63,865 nucleotides of DNA from Chiloscyllium plagiosum (GCF_004010195.1 NC_057746.1:18462187-18526051); one strand, 5' to 3'; shown: positions 1-13,490, counted from the first letter of the stretch. Translations and numbers: made by a program. Notes: generated by a model not told the origin, from the letters alone.

Positions 1-1037
1 CCGTTTCCTTGACGGAAGACAGCATTACCATGGTGGGAGGGGTCCCTGAAAATCAAAGTTGCTGTAGCATAAATTTGACAGCCTAGTCTGGGATTGTGAG
101 TCATCTAGACTTGAAATGTCAGCTTGTTCTCTCTCCACGGATGCTGTCTGACCCACTGTGATCTCCAGCGTTTGTTGTTTTCAGTTGGGCTCATGAAAGT
201 CAGCAGAAGATGTAATGTTCTTCGATCTAAACCGAAGAACGCTTAGCCGTGTGTCGCGCACATGACCAGGTTCAGTGAATGATGGGCTATCAGTTCAGAT
301 TGTGCGTGCGATGAACCCATTTTCACATGCACCCATCAAGTTATGTCTGCCCATTTCTCCCATGTAGGGAGGTCTGCTCCAGAATCTCCTGGTGATCCGT
401 TCCGGGCCCTTGCGTGGCACCCCTCCCTCCCCCCTCCCACCGCCGGTTTCTACCCTGAGGAAGGAGTTGTGTGAACTGAGGAAGTCACAGGGCTGAGTTT
501 CAGGTCTGCAGCATCCTGTTTACGACTGCGAGGGAGCGACCAGGGGGAGCTGACAGTGACAGCTGTGAAGCCTCTGAGTGAGCAGCACACCCAATGTACG
601 CTTCTTACCCACCCTGGCATAGTCCACTCAAATGCAGGCTGCGTTCCAGGACAAAAGGTTGGCTTTCCGAGTCCAAGTGCTTCAACACCAATCTTTGTAA
701 TGCAGGAAGTGCAGCAGCCGGATATGCTGAGCAAACCCAGCAGTGCAGGAAATGAGGTCATCCGCTTTGAACTGTATCTGATGTTGGTCAGTATAGACCA
801 GGACAGTCGAAATAACCAGTGAGATCATTTAGATACCGCTGAGATGGGGGGGGGGTCTGAGATGAGTGGTCCATCTGAAAGACGCCACCGCTGACACTGC
901 AGCACTCCCTCAGCCTGGCATTTTGCTCTTGACTGGCATTGGGCCATTTTAATTCATCCGACCAAACGTGCCTGACATTCAGCTAATCCTAATCTTTAAG
1001 ATATTATCATTGCAATTTGAGTGGCTAAGTGGTTAGC

Positions 1038-1164
1038 TGAAACTTTATTGCTGGAACAGCACAGCAGGTCAGGCAGCATCTAGGGAACAGAAGATTCGAC
1101 GTTTCGGGCACATGCCCTAAAGTTTCAGCTTTGATCTCCAGCGTCTGCAGACCTCACTTTCTCC
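1038..1164. mobile_element. Short Penelope-like terminal-repeat insertion in the 5' end of a SINE
   Basis: 16-bp TSD tggctaagtggttagc at 1022-1037 and 1165-1180; sequence matches the 3' end of the Penelope-like element near 20230-20355. Confidence 0.75.
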
Positions 1165-1430
1165 TGGCTAAGTGGTTAGCACGACTGCCTCACAGAGCCA
1201 GAGACCTGAGTTCGATCCCACCCTTGGGCGACCGTCGGTGTGGAGTTTGTTTATTCTCCCCTTGTCTGCGTGGGGTTCCTCCCACTGTCCAAATATTTGC
1301 AGGTTAGGGTGGTTTGGCCCACGCTAAAGTGTCCGGGGTTATGTAGGTGAGGTGGATTATCCATGGGAAATGTGGGCTTATAAGCGAGATGCTCTTCAGA
1401 GGGTCAGTGTGGACATGATGGGCCGAATGG
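1165..1430 (+). mobile_element. HE1-like tRNA-derived V-SINE
   Basis: tRNA-like head (gtggttagcac...gttcgatcc), V-domain tgtggagttt...ttctccc...gtctgcgtgg, CR1-like tail. Confidence 0.8.
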
Positions 1431-1445
1431 AATGAATTCCATTCC

Positions 1446-2037
1446 TGTTGTGGTTCTGTTCGCCGAGCTGGGAATTTGTGTTGCAGACGTTTCGTCCCCT
1501 GTCTAGGTGACATCCTCAGTGCTTGGGAGCCTCCTGTGAAGCGCTTCCGTGATCTTTCCTCCGGCATTTCTAGTGGTTTGAATCTGCCGCTTCCGGTTGT
1601 CAGTTCCAGCTGTCCGTTGCAGTGGTTGGTATATTGGGTCCAGATCGATGTGTTTGTTGATTGAATCTGTGGATGAGTGCCATGCCTCTAGGAATTCCCT
1701 GGCTGTTCTCCCGTTTGGCTTATCCGATAATAGTAGTGTTGTCCCAGTCGAATTCATGTTGCTTGTCTACTAAGCATCCCATGCAAGGACTGCACAAAAC
1801 ACTACATAGGACAAACAGGAAGACAGCTAACGATCCGCGTCCATGAACACCAACTAGCCACGAAACGACACGACCAGCTATCCTTAGTAGCCACACACGC
1901 AGATGACAAGCAACATGAATTCGACTGGGACAACACTACTATTATAGGACAAGCCAAACAGAACAGCCAGGGATTCCCAGCTCGGCGAACACAACCACAA
2001 CAACGAGCACCCGAGCTACAAATCTTCTCCCAAACTT
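1446..2037. mobile_element. Penelope-like (GIY-YIG) fragment in inverted arrangement
   Basis: Encodes pieces of IPCKDCTKHYIGQTGR..AREFLEAWHS..INKHIDLDPIY on opposite strands; 13-bp TSD tgaattccattcc at 1433-1445 and 2038-2050. Confidence 0.85.
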
Positions 2038-3054
2038 TGAATTCCATTCCACGTGTTAATCATTCCTGTGCAAGGACTTCTTGAAGTTGCTGCCACATTT
2101 TCTTTTTCCCAATTTGAACCAGTCCAGCTCGGTTTTATATCACTTTACATTGACGGCAAATAGTGTGACTATTTATACCATCCGTCAAAACTGCTCATTA
2201 CCCATTTCTACTTTTGTCCTGGTCACTTCCTCTTTTTTTTGCCACGCGTTGCCCCTTTCACACGCACCTTCTGCAAATGCGGTCCGACTGTGAAGCGAGT
2301 TGGAAACACTTGCCAAACCCAAAAGTCACTGTCTTAACGCGGTGTGACGGCTTATCTCTGTTAAAGCTGTTTAAGTGTCCTTTGGTAGGAAGTGGGAGGG
2401 TGACTAACTGAGCTACGGTTGACGCTAAAGCCAAGAGGGGCCAGCGATCACAAACTCAGTCGAGGAAATGGTTTAATACGGAGTAGGATCGGCGGTAGGC
2501 CATTTCGCCTCTGACGACCAGTTCCACCGTTCAATAAAATGTCACGCTGATCTGCTTGTGATTCCAATTCCACATCCCCAGCACCTCTGGACAACCTTGC
2601 TGGGTGGGCCTCTCTAACCCAGCCTGGGATTATATTCATCAGAGTTCAGAAGGATGAGGGGAGGGGGATCTCAGAGGAAATAGCAGGAGAGGGGAGGTTC
2701 TGGGTGGGATGCTCTTTGAGGCGGTGGGGGCAGAGTTGGGGAGGTGAGGTCACTGTGGACCAATTGACTTGCTTCCACACTGTTGGGATTCTATGATTCT
2801 CACTTTGGTGTTCAATTCCTCTGGTAAATTAAGGATGGCATCACACTGTACCTGCTTGTTGTGTTTCGTACACTGAAACACCCAAATCCCTCTGCACTCT
2901 GGAATCCCCAGGTATTCTTCCATTTAAGCGTCCTCTGCATTTTCATGTGTTCTACCAAAGTCAATGACTTTGCACTTCCCCACATGATACTCCATCAGCC
3001 AGATCTTTGACCACTCACTCAACGTATATGTATCTATCTGCTACGTCCTTATGG

Positions 3055-3320
3055 CTTCATAGAATCCATACAGTGTGGAAACAGGCCCATTGGCCACCCA
3101 GACCCATTCCCCTACCCTATTACTCTACAGTTACCCCTAACTAATGCACCTAACCTACACATTTCTGAACAATATGGAGCAATTTAGCATGGCCAATTCA
3201 CATCTTTGGATTGTGGGAGGAAACCCACGCGGACACGGGGAGAACATACAAACTCTACACAGACAGTCGCCCAAGGCTGGGATTGAACCCGGCTCTCTGG
3301 TGCTGTGAGCCACCATGCCA
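3055..3320 (-). mobile_element. HE1-like V-SINE
   Basis: Reverse complement of the SINE seen at 31116-31392. Confidence 0.8.
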
Positions 3321-3727
3321 CCCCTAGCTTCTTCATGGCATACTTTCCCGCCTCACTTGGTGTTAGCTGCAAACGTAGCCACCATACCTTTGCTCCACCT
3401 CCTCTTGGTCACGGAGGCGAATTGTAAAAGAATGAGACTCTTCCATCAATCTGTGTTGGGCTTAGAGTCACACCATCTCGATCATGGGACAGGCCACCCG
3501 AAGGGAATGAAAGAAATGGAAGCACGTCCGGTCCTCTTGGGTTGTCCGACCGCACGTGCCTAAGGATCTGGGGGGGTCAGAAATCAGCTTGTTCAGTCAC
3601 GGGAAGGTGCACAACGGAAATCAGGAACTCTGAGTGAAACATATCATCATCAACTTCACAGACAGCCTGTATCGCTCTGCCCACAGAGATACCTTCAGCA
3701 ACAGCTTCATCCGTTTGGAAGAGAATG

Positions 3728-4995
3728 CAATGGTGGCATTTATTTTGAGAGGGCTTGAATACAGAGGAACCTTGATTATCCGAACGAGATGGGTAGGCAT
3801 TATTTCGTTCGGATAATCGATTTGTCCTTAAACAAGGGAAGCCAAACTGATCTAACGCCGTGCTCTCCTGGAGAGTTTGTTTCAATCTATAATTTTGATG
3901 AGTCTGTCGTTTAAACAAACTAATCATTACATTCTGCAAATTGCAGGTTACACTGAGAAGGACTAAACCCTTACCATCACATAATACTGTATATGAAATC
4001 CCAGCATCAAACAGAGTCCCGAACAGCGTCTACAATCACGAGAGCATTTGTCGGTTTCCATGAACATGATAGAGAGACAGTTGCCTCGCCTCGGGCATGC
4101 GTTTATTTTCCCTGCCATTTTTTGCATAAACAGCCCGATATAGTGATAGGAATAAAGCACTTGCATTTGCAAAGGGCTGTGTAACTAACCCTTACGTAAT
4201 ATCTATCCAGTCGCTGATGCTTGAGCTGCTAGTGTTTCTTTGTTTTTCTCAGCATTTTCACACGTTCTTCAGCACAGGTAATCCGAATTCACTTACCTCT
4301 TTGATATAACATTTTGGCAGGAGACCTTGAGATCTTCTTCAGATAATCCGAAATTTGGGTAATTGGTATTCGGATAATCGAGCTTCCTCTGTATAAAAGC
4401 AGGGATGTACTTTCTGAGGCTCCCTAAGCCTCTGATCAGGCCACATTTGGAATATTGTGCACAGTTTTGGGCCCCATATCTCAGCAAGGATGTACTGGCC
4501 CTGGAGTCTGTTCAGAGGAAGTTCACGAGAATGATCCCGGAACTGAAAAGCTTAATGTATGAGGGATGTTTGAGGACTCTGGGTTTGTACTCAATAGAGT
4601 TTAGAAGGATGAGGAAGGATCTAATTGAAACACATAGAATCCTGGACAGAGTGGATGTTGGGAAGGTGTTTCCATTGGTGGGAGAGACTAGGACCCAAGA
4701 GCACAGCCTTAGATAAAAGAGAAGACATTTTCGAATGGAGAAGAGGAGAAACTTCTTCAGCCAGAGAGTGGGGAATCTGTGGAATTAATTACCACAGACG
4801 GCTGGGGAGGCCAGGTCATTGAGCATATTTAAGACTGAGATAGATAGGTTCTTGAGTATCAAGGGGGTCAAGGGTTATGGGGAGAAAGTGGGAGAATGGG
4901 GTTGAGAAATCTTTCAGCCATGATTGAATGGTGGAGCGGACTGGATGGGCTGAATGGCCCAACTTCTGCTCCAATGTCTTTTGGTCTTATGGTCT
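3728..4995 (+). mobile_element. CR1/HER1-like LINE 3' fragment, interrupted by the MITE
   Basis: ORF2 C-terminal motifs LIRPHLEYCAQFWAPY, LESVQRKFTRMIP, DLIET; typical 3' UTR. Confidence 0.85.
3762..4391. mobile_element. Tc1/mariner-type non-autonomous DNA transposon (MITE), 630 bp
   Basis: Terminal inverted repeats CAGAGGAACCTTGATTATCCGAA / TTCGGATAATCGAGCTTCCTCTG flanked by TA on both sides (3760-61, 4392-93). Removing it restores CR1 sequence gggcttgaaTAtaaaagcagggatgta. Confidence 0.85.
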
Positions 4996-5879
4996 TCTCC
5001 CCCTCGAGTGTTGTCTTGATATCACACACCGTGTTCACGCTCGCTCACAAATAGTTACACAAACGTACACAACTTTTCAGCAACATCCCCCTGTTGGATG
5101 AAAATAGAAACCGTTGGGCAGACACAGCAGTGTCTGTGGACAGGGAGAGAGAGTTTTCAGTCCGATGTGACTTTTCTTCGGAAACAAAAGATTAATCAGG
5201 CTCAAAACTCTGTTTCTCTTGTCGCAGATGGTAGCGGTCCTGCTGAGTTTCTCCAGCAGTTTCTGCCTGTATTGAAGATCACTCGGCCTTCCATGGACTT
5301 TGCTTCTGTTCCCCTTTCTGCATCGCACACATCTCTTCTCCTTTGTGCTGTGTCATCCACTTCCTGCCGAAGAGGACATGTCTCCATCCACTAATGTTCT
5401 GATCTTGCCTCATTTGGTCTCATCCTCTCCCTCGCTCTCTCTGTGTCTACCTACCTATCTATTCATCTAACCCCAGCTTACCAGATAGCCTTAACCCTTT
5501 GCAATTCACAACCTATGAAATCACTGAACATCGTAGAGTGCGGAGCTGTTGTCATCACCATACTAGTGTCTGCACTGAGTCCTTGATCCATCATCAGTGA
5601 GCCAGCTGCTATCCAGATGGCCAAAGAAACCGTCTTCTCCTCCCCATCCTGTTATCTCAGCTCTCGAATGGCTCACATTCCAGCGAGGACAAAGGAAACA
5701 CACACAAGCTGAACTTGAGGAATTGCACTGTTGCTCAACAGGTCCCCAGAGGGTGCAATCTCCCCGGTCCAACACACATCACCGGGACATCAGGATAACA
5801 AGGATACCTACGTCAGCTGAGTACAGTTTCACTTTTAACACTATCATTCCTGAGCAGACCGATCTCTAAACCCTGAGCC

Positions 5880-6270
5880 CGGACAATCACAAAGGCCAAC
5901 CGCCCATCTATAGACTCCATCTACCAGGCCCGCTGTCAAGGAAAGGCCACCAGCATTCTCAAAGATCTATCCCATCCTGGCAATGTTTTCTTACAACCTC
6001 TACCATCAGGGAGAAGGTACAGAAGCCTGAACACGCATCAGCCGGTTTCAAAACAGCTTCTACCCTCCTGTTGTTACAATACTGAAGGGACTCACAAACT
6101 CTCAACATTCGCCTGTACCTGTGTTTTCGTTTTTGCTGCTGTTTACCTGCTATTTACTTATCTATGCTATTTAACTCTGTGATCTGCCTCTATTGCTCGC
6201 AAGACAAAACTTTTCACTGTGCCTCGGTACACGTGACAATAAACTCAATTCAATTCAATTCAATTCACCT
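5880..6270 (+). mobile_element. Rex1/Babar-like LINE 3' end with (TTCAA)n tail
   Basis: Degenerate K..SILKD.SHP...LPSGRRYRSL coding remnants; AATAAA followed by a ttcaa microsatellite tail. Confidence 0.65.
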
Positions 6271-6299
6271 ACATGTTGGCTCCCACCTCTGTTACGGGG

Positions 6300-7235
6300 T
6301 CCTCTCTGACCCATACACCGCAATCAGCAATGACAGCTCGTCCAACATAATCCCCAACACCATTGCTCCACAATGCTGCAGACTCAGCCTCCTACTGTTC
6401 TCTTTGTACACTCGCGACTGTGTGGCCAAATTCCGTCATTTACAAGTTTGCTGACAACACCAACATTGCAGCTTGGATCTCAGACAGTAACGAGACCGAA
6501 CACAGGAGATAGAGAGCTCAGCAGCATGGGTAAAGGCAACAATCTCTCCATCAACGTCTGCAAAATGAAGGAGCTGGTCATTGGCTTCAGGAAGCAGAGT
6601 GGAGGGCACGTTCCTGTCTGCATCGATGAAGCTGAGGTGGAGGTGGCCAAGTTCCTGGGAGTGACGATCACCAACAATCTGTCCTGGTCCACCCACATTG
6701 GCACCAAGGTCAAGAAAGCAGGAGGATCAGGAAATTCGGAATATCCACAAAGACTGTTCCCAATTTTTATTGGTGCATCCCTATTTGTGTGCATCACAGT
6801 GTGGTTTGGCAACTGCTCTCCCCTAGACCGTGAGAAACTACACAGGGTCGTGAACAGGGCCCAGTCCGTCACAACCTCCCCTTCCATTGTCTCTGTCTTC
6901 CAATTGTCTTGGGAAAGCAGCCAACATAACCAAAGACCTCTCTCACCCCAGTTATCCTCTCTTCCACCCTCTTCCGTTGGACAGAAGATATAATAGCTTG
7001 AATACACATACGAATAGATTCATGAACAGCTTTCTGCTGGCTGTGATTAATCTTCTGAATGCTCCTCTCCAATTTGAAGATCTTGCCCTCTGTCCACCTT
7101 CGCTGCAGCCATAACTTTGTATTCCTCACTCTGTTCCATTGCCCTATGGCACTTTGCATGGTGTGATCTGCCCGGACTGCACACAAAGCCAAAACTTTTC
7201 ACTGTAACTTTGTACATATGATAATAATAATTTAA
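6300..7235 (+). mobile_element. Rex1/Babar-like LINE, degenerate RT C-terminal half
   Basis: LSLLLFSLYTRDCVAKF, KMKELVIGF, FLGVTITNNLSWS, DLSHPSYPLFHPLP..RRYNSL..TNRFMNSF. Confidence 0.75.
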
Positions 7236-7589
7236 ACAAAACATCGCCATCTGCCGACCTCCCCTTCTCCCACTGCCTTCAGTCACCTCTGTCTCTCTAC
7301 CACCATCTGCTGATGTCTTTATGTCATTGCACCCATAAGAATTAAAATACACATTTGCAGTTTCCGACTTGGAGCAAGCGATTATGCATCGAAACGTGTG
7401 GTGCTGGAAAAGCACAGCCAGTCAGGCAGCATCTGAGGAGCAGAAGAGTCAACATTTTGAGCATAAGCTCTTCATCAGTCCTCACTTTCTCCTGCAAGCA
7501 ATTATGCAGCAGGGTATGAACCTGCTCGATCTGTGCTTGCCCATCACTTCACGGGGACAGAAGGCTATGTAGCATCTCAGCATGTGCTA

Positions 7590-9210
7590 TTTTTATTGCA
7601 GAAAATGTGCTTTATTCACAAAAAAAAACTACATGTTCATAAAAAGGGTTCTCAATCTGTTCCCTGCAGTCTTTACAGAGAGAAAAATGAGACACAAACA
7701 ATATTTGGGAATTTAACATCCTACTGTCCATAAATGTTTTTTTAATGGATAAAACATATTTTTGGAAATTAAAAAAGTTACAGCCCAGCTGCAAAAACAA
7801 AGACATTTTTAACTTGTGCAGGAAAAATATTTATACATATTTTAAGACAATGGGAATCTGAGAACTGAATGAATTCGCATTGTATTTTGGCAATAAGACG
7901 TCAGATGGTGGTCTTTCCCCGCTGTCCTTTGGCAGCAGCTGCCCCAAGCTTTAGCACGTCCCTCAGCGCGTAGTCCTGGATCTTGGAATGTGCCGGTCTG
8001 CAACACTCGGTCAGGGTCAATTCCTTGCTCTGGAAGACCAAAGAGCGTCTTTCACCGAGGTGACGGTCCTCCAGGCACAGACGACGTTTGTCTTGGTGTG
8101 TGTCCCGGGGAACAGCCCGTACAGCATGGAGCTGCTCGGGACAAACCTCGACACAAACCACTGCATCTCCCTCCAGACTCCCTTTACAAAGGCACACTCC
8201 ACAGGGAGATGTCTGACAGTCTGTACCCACCCCCCTGAAGCTGCTTCGAGGCCAGCGTGTGGTGGCACAGACCAAAGGGTGTACATGAAGGATCTGACGG
8301 GCAGTGCCCTTCTCACCACCAGCTGAGCGATGTCTTGGTGCTTGTTGGAAAGTTCTGGTGATGAGACATTCTGCCAAATTGCTTTGACAGTCTGCTCAGG
8401 GAACCGCTCGATAGGATCCATCCTCTCGTTTTCCCGAAGGGTCTCAAGGACACTACGTGCTGACCACTTCCTGATGGACTTGTGGTCAAAGGTGTTTTTC
8501 TTCATAAATTTCTCCACGAAGGACAGGTGATACGGAACGGTCCAACTACTCGAAGCGTTCCGCGGCAGCGAGGCCAGGCCCATCCTTCGCAACACCGGGG
8601 ACAGGTAGAACCTCAGTACGTAGTGACACTTGGTGTTTGTGTACCAAGGGTCTATGTACAGCTTAATGCAGCTGCGCACAAAGGAGACCATCAGGAAGAG
8701 GGCAGTATTGAGTATGTTCTTCTCCCCTCCCCTTGTGCATGGTGTCCCATATTAGGCCTCCGGGTGAAGTGAAAGATGGCTTGGGTGACTGAAGCAGCAC
8801 AGTTTCAGGGAATGGGTCACGTACAGCAACAGAGAGAGAGAGAGAGAGAGAGAGCCTCACACCCTGATGACCAGCAATGGAGAGGGAGGGGCGGAGTTCC
8901 CAAAAGCCCAGTTTCTACCTCACCTTGACAACACGCGCCTCACAAGCGTTGATGCACGCCCCAGCCCCTCCGAACCATATTCCCAGCACCTCCGGTTGGT
9001 CCGTCCTGACGGTGAGGGCAATAAAGGATCGGTCGGCCCAGTTTCCAAAGACCATGGCCTCTCTCTTATCTCAACTTACCTTGGTTCCCGAGGCATGTTC
9101 GCGCTGGTCACAGATGCTCATGAGCTTGTGCACCGACGGTGGATCGGAGCAGAAAATGGCAACGTGGCCCATGTACAGGGAGGCTTTGAACTGCAGGCCC
9201 CCGCTGCCTC
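7590..9210 (-). mobile_element. Tx1/L1-clade LINE, internally deleted 3' portion
   Basis: Minus-strand ORFs (LVVRRALPVRSFMY...HL..EC..VWREMQ; ECCR.AHSKIQDY.LRD.LKLG) closely resemble the element at 52820-55646. Confidence 0.8.
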
Positions 9211-9799
9211 TTCCCTCTCCGGCTCTCATCCTTCCTTGTTTATTGTAAAGCTTTCCATTGAAACTGGTAATTTCTTAAAAAGGAAATTCAATTTCCGGTT
9301 AATAGCTGTCAGGATGACATGATTTAACTTTTTGTGAAGAAGCTAACGGTAACAAAGCACTAAAAGCACAATTAAGTAGACACTAAATTCGTGAGCAACT
9401 TCTACTGCAAACCACACAATGAAATGCCAACTTTTTAATGTTTTGGACAACACAATTGTATTTGTTTTCTGATCAATGTACCCACTCGTGGTCTGGAGTG
9501 GGTGCGATTTGAACCCAGGCCTCTTTGGGTTCAGAGGTAATGAAAACCTTGCTCTGCCATAAGGATCCTCATCATATCACATATTCCTTCAAATAGAGAT
9601 TCAAATTTCCCAGGATCAGGTAAAATGATTCTTACATCCATAAAGTTTACTTCTTTGCTCGATTCTCTGAAGGTGGTGAGGCAAGTTGAAACAGCTGTTA
9701 AGAATCCTTGGGTTTATAAATAGAAGGACACAGTGCAAAACCATGTCTACACATCATTGGTCAGACCACATCTGGAGTATTATGTTCAGTTATCAGAGA

Positions 9800-10050
9800 A
9801 TCATGGAATCCCTACAGGCCCTTCGGCCCAACCAGTCCACACTGACCCTCGGAAGAGTAACCCAGCCAGACCCATTCCCCTACCCTATTGCTCTACGATT
9901 CCCCCTGATGAATGCACCTAACCACTCACATCCCTGAACACTACGGGCAATTTAACATGGCCAATTCACTAACCTGTACATCTTTGGATTGTGGGATGAA
10001 ACTGGAGCACCCAGAGGAAACCCACGCAGACAAGGGGAGAATGTGCAGCA
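9800..10050 (-). mobile_element. HE1-like V-SINE fragment inserted in a CR1 remnant
   Basis: SINE 3' half in reverse; flanks encode CR1 LVRPHLEYYVQ and the downstream continuation. Confidence 0.65.
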
Positions 10051-10129
10051 CCTTATGCAAGGAAGGATGGTAAAGCTCTGGACAGAGTTCAAAGGTGATT
10101 TACTAGAGTGATACCAGGAATGGTTGACA

Positions 10130-11150
10130 AGTTTTGAAAAAGTTGTCCCTTCACTCGAAGGCTGTGACCTCGGATTCTAGTCTCTGCTAGTAGTAGGAGT
10201 ATCTTCTCCATGTTCACTCTATCCAGGCCTCTCAGTACTCTCAATTAGATCGCCCCCCCCATTTTATCCTTCTAAGCATGATGGAGCACAGGCCCAGAGT
10301 CCTAAACAGCTCCTCATAAGACAAACCTTCATCCGTCAGTTCATTCTTGTAAACCTCCTCTTGAGCCCGTCCGAAACCAGCACATCCTTACTCAGATATG
10401 GGGCCCAACCCTGCTCACAATATTCCAAATGCACTCTGACCAAAGCCTTATACAGCCTCAGCAGTACATCCCTGCTCTCATGTTCTAGCCTTTTTGAAAT
10501 GAATGCTAGCATTGCATTTGCCTTCCCAATTGCCAACATATCTCCATCTTACCCTTAAGAGAATCTTGAACCTGGACTTCCAACTCTCCTTGTGCTTCAG
10601 ATTTTCAAAGCCTTTCCCTGCTTAGAAAATAGTCCACGCCTCTATTCCTCCGACCAAAGTGCGTAACCTCACACTTTCCCGCACTGTATTACATCTGCCG
10701 CTTCTATGTTCAATCTCCTAGCCTGCCCAAGTCCTTTTTAAAGTCTCCCTACTTCCTCAATACTGCCTGTTCCTCCATCTATCCTTATGTCACCTGCAAA
10801 TTTGGCAGCAATGGCCTCAGTTTCTACGTCTGGATTGCTGATGTATAACGCAAACAGTTATGGTTCTAATATTGACCCTCCGTGGAACTCCAGTGGTCAC
10901 TGGCTGCCATCCTGAAAAAAGACCCCTTCATCCCCACTGTCTGCCAGTCAGCCAATCCTCTATCCATGCCAGTCCCTTGTCCCTAACACCAGGGGCTCTT
11001 AGCTTATGTCCCAGCCTCCTGTGCGGCACCTTGTCAAAGGCCTTCTGGAAATCCGAATAGATTACGTCCACTGGCTCTCCTTTCTCTAACTTGCTTGTTA
11101 CCTCCTCAAAGAATTCTATCGGATTTGTTAGGCATGGCCTACCCTTGATG
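10130..11150 (-). mobile_element. CR1-like LINE RT fragment
   Basis: Minus strand DFQKAFDKVPH (cttgtcaaaggccttctggaaatc), KANAMLAFI, LYKALVRVHLEYCEQ. Confidence 0.85.
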
Positions 11151-11539
11151 AATTGAGCATCGCCTCAGCCCTCGAGTGTAACTCCTGGAGAAGAACAGGG
11201 CCTCAGCAACCCCCTTTGCCAGGAGGGGGTGGAGGAAAGGAACAGAGAAGAGGAGATGTGGTGTGAAGTGCAAGGAAGGATAAAAAAACACAGGACTTGT
11301 GCAGCCTGGCCAGCTGAACCTTGCCAGCTAATGTGTTTCCATTTAAATGCAGTACTGAGTTAGCAGAGGGTGATTAGTGTGGTTTCTTTTAACTGTTTAC
11401 AGTAATATTTTGATACATAGATATTTTTGAAAAGTTGGACACTTGCAATGTCTGGATACTTGTTATTTGAGAATAAAATAGTGAATTGGTTACGTTAAGA
11501 AGTACCCTGGGTCTCCTAGGCTCACTTTCACAGAGGTTA

Positions 11540-11855
11540 ATCACAGAATCCTCCAGTGTGGCAACAGGCCATTCGGCCCAACAAGTCCACACTGACCTTC
11601 TGAAGAGTATCTCACCCAGACCCATTCCCCTATCCCTCTATATTTCCCCCTGACTAATGCACCTAGCCTGCATATCACTGAACACTGTGGGCAATTTAGC
11701 TTGGCTAATTCACCTAACCTGCACAGCTCTGGGAGGAAACCCACACAGACACAGGGAGAACGTGCAAAGTCCACACAGTCACCCAAGGCTGGAATTGAAC
11801 CCATATCCCTGGTGCTGTGAGGCAGCAGTGCTAACCACTGAGCCACCATGCCACA
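11540..11855 (-). mobile_element. HE1-like V-SINE, near full length
   Basis: Reverse complement of the head tggcatggtggctcagtggttagcactgctgcctcacagc, V-domain and tail. Confidence 0.85.
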
Positions 11856-12042
11856 CCTTGACTGTTGTCTCAGAGACAGTCAACATTATACTTGTAATTG
11901 ACTTTAATTTTGTAAGCATCGTGTGGCTTTCCATGAAAATGTAACATTGAGGGCATTCTCATTTCAAAGGATCGTTACATTTGTCTGAAATAATAGTCAC
12001 ATGCAGACATGCTACTTACAAGACTGGGAGGAGTGTGCACTA

Positions 12043-12690
12043 AGTAAGGTTCCCCATGGTAGGCTCATTCATAAAGTCAGGAAGTATGGGATACAGGAAG
12101 ATTTGGCAATCTGGATTCAGAATTGGTTGGCCGACAGAAGGCAGAGAGTGGTTGTAGATGGAAAGTATTCTGCCTGGAGGACAGTGTTGAGTGGCAACTT
12201 CGAGGGATCTATGCACTTGCACACCCAGATCCCTCTGATCCTCCACACTATCAAGAATCCTGTCTTTAATCCTATATTCAGCATTCGAGTTCGACCTTCC
12301 AAAATGCATCACTTCGCATTTATCCAGGTTGAACTCCATCTGCCATTTCTCAGCCCAGCTCTGCATCCTGTCCATGTTGCGCTACAGCCTGCAGTAGCCC
12401 TCGATACTATCAACAACGCCTCCAACCTTTGTGTCTTCTGTTGAGTGTTGAGTGGGGTCCCGCAGGACTCTGTTCTTGGGCCTCTGCTCTTTGTAGTTTT
12501 TATAAATGACTTGGACGAGGAGGTCGAGGGGTGGGTTAGTAAATTTGCCGATGACACAAAGGTTGGAGGTGTCATCGAAAGTATCGAGGGCTACTGCAGG
12601 CTACAGTATATATTTTACATTAGGATTAAACCTCGGCACAATATTGTGGGGCAAAGGGCCTGTTCTGTGCTGTACTTTTCTATGTTCTAT
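12043..12690. mobile_element. CR1-like RT fragment with internal inversions
   Basis: Plus strand KVPHGRL..WIQNWL..RRQRVVV (12043-12192); minus strand WAEKWQMEFN..KC (12196-12440); plus strand GVPQDSVLGPLLF..KFADDTK (12445-12600); minus-strand 3' tail. Confidence 0.8.
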
Positions 12691-12924
12691 GTAAGCATTA
12701 CAGTAAAGCAGACTGAGTGAAACAGAACTGTGTGGGAAAAGTATCTGTGATAGGAGATAACAACAAATGACAGAGAGCACCTTCAATCTCTTTCTGAGCT
12801 AGAGAGTGACTTCACAGGAGCTGATTGATTTGTGTGTTCCCTCTGAGGTTCTGCACACACCAGTACACACAATCAGTGTGCCAATGCTTCAGCTTCAAGT
12901 TCTAGATGCTACTATTGTACACCA

Positions 12925-13490
12925 TAGAATAGGATCCCTACAGTGTGGAAACAGGCCCTTCGGCCCAACAAGTCCACACCCACCCTCCGCAGAGTAATCC
13001 ACGCATTCCCCTATCCTATATTTACCCCTGAACAATGCATCTAAACTACACATCCCTGAACACTTTAGGCAATTGAACATGGCCAAACCAGTTTACCTGC
13101 ACATGGAGTCGTGGAGACGTACAGCACAGAAACAGACCCTTCGATCCAACCCGTCCATGCTGACCAGATATCCCAACCTAATCTAGTCCCACCTGCCAGC
13201 ACCCGGCCCATATCCCTCTAAACCCCTCCTATTCATATACACATCCAGATGCCTTTTAAATGTTGCAATTGTACCACCCTCCACCACTTCCTCTGGCAGC
13301 TCATTCCACACACGTACCACCCTTTGCGTGAAAAAGTTGCCCCTTAAGTCTCTTTTTGTTTGGACTGCAGGAGGAAACTCATGCAGACACAGCACAAATG
13401 GGCAAACTTTGTACAGACAGTCACCCAAGGCTGGAATTGAACCTGGGTCACTGGCACTGTGAGGCAGCAGTGCTAACCACTGAGCCATTG
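12925..13490 (-). mobile_element. HE1-like SINE interrupted by a CR1 3' end (about 13105-13357)
   Basis: SINE halves flank the CR1 segment DLRGNFFTQRVVRVWNELP. Confidence 0.75.

Noticed and set aside
450-761. Minus-strand ORF with a signal-peptide-like start and an internal GTAAG
   Set aside because: No recognisable homology and no linked downstream exon in the window.
3388-3450. Possible minus-strand 63-nt exon (LMEESHSFTIRLRDQEEVEQ) with AG|GTATGG donor
   Set aside because: Weak acceptor and no recognisable protein or partner exons.
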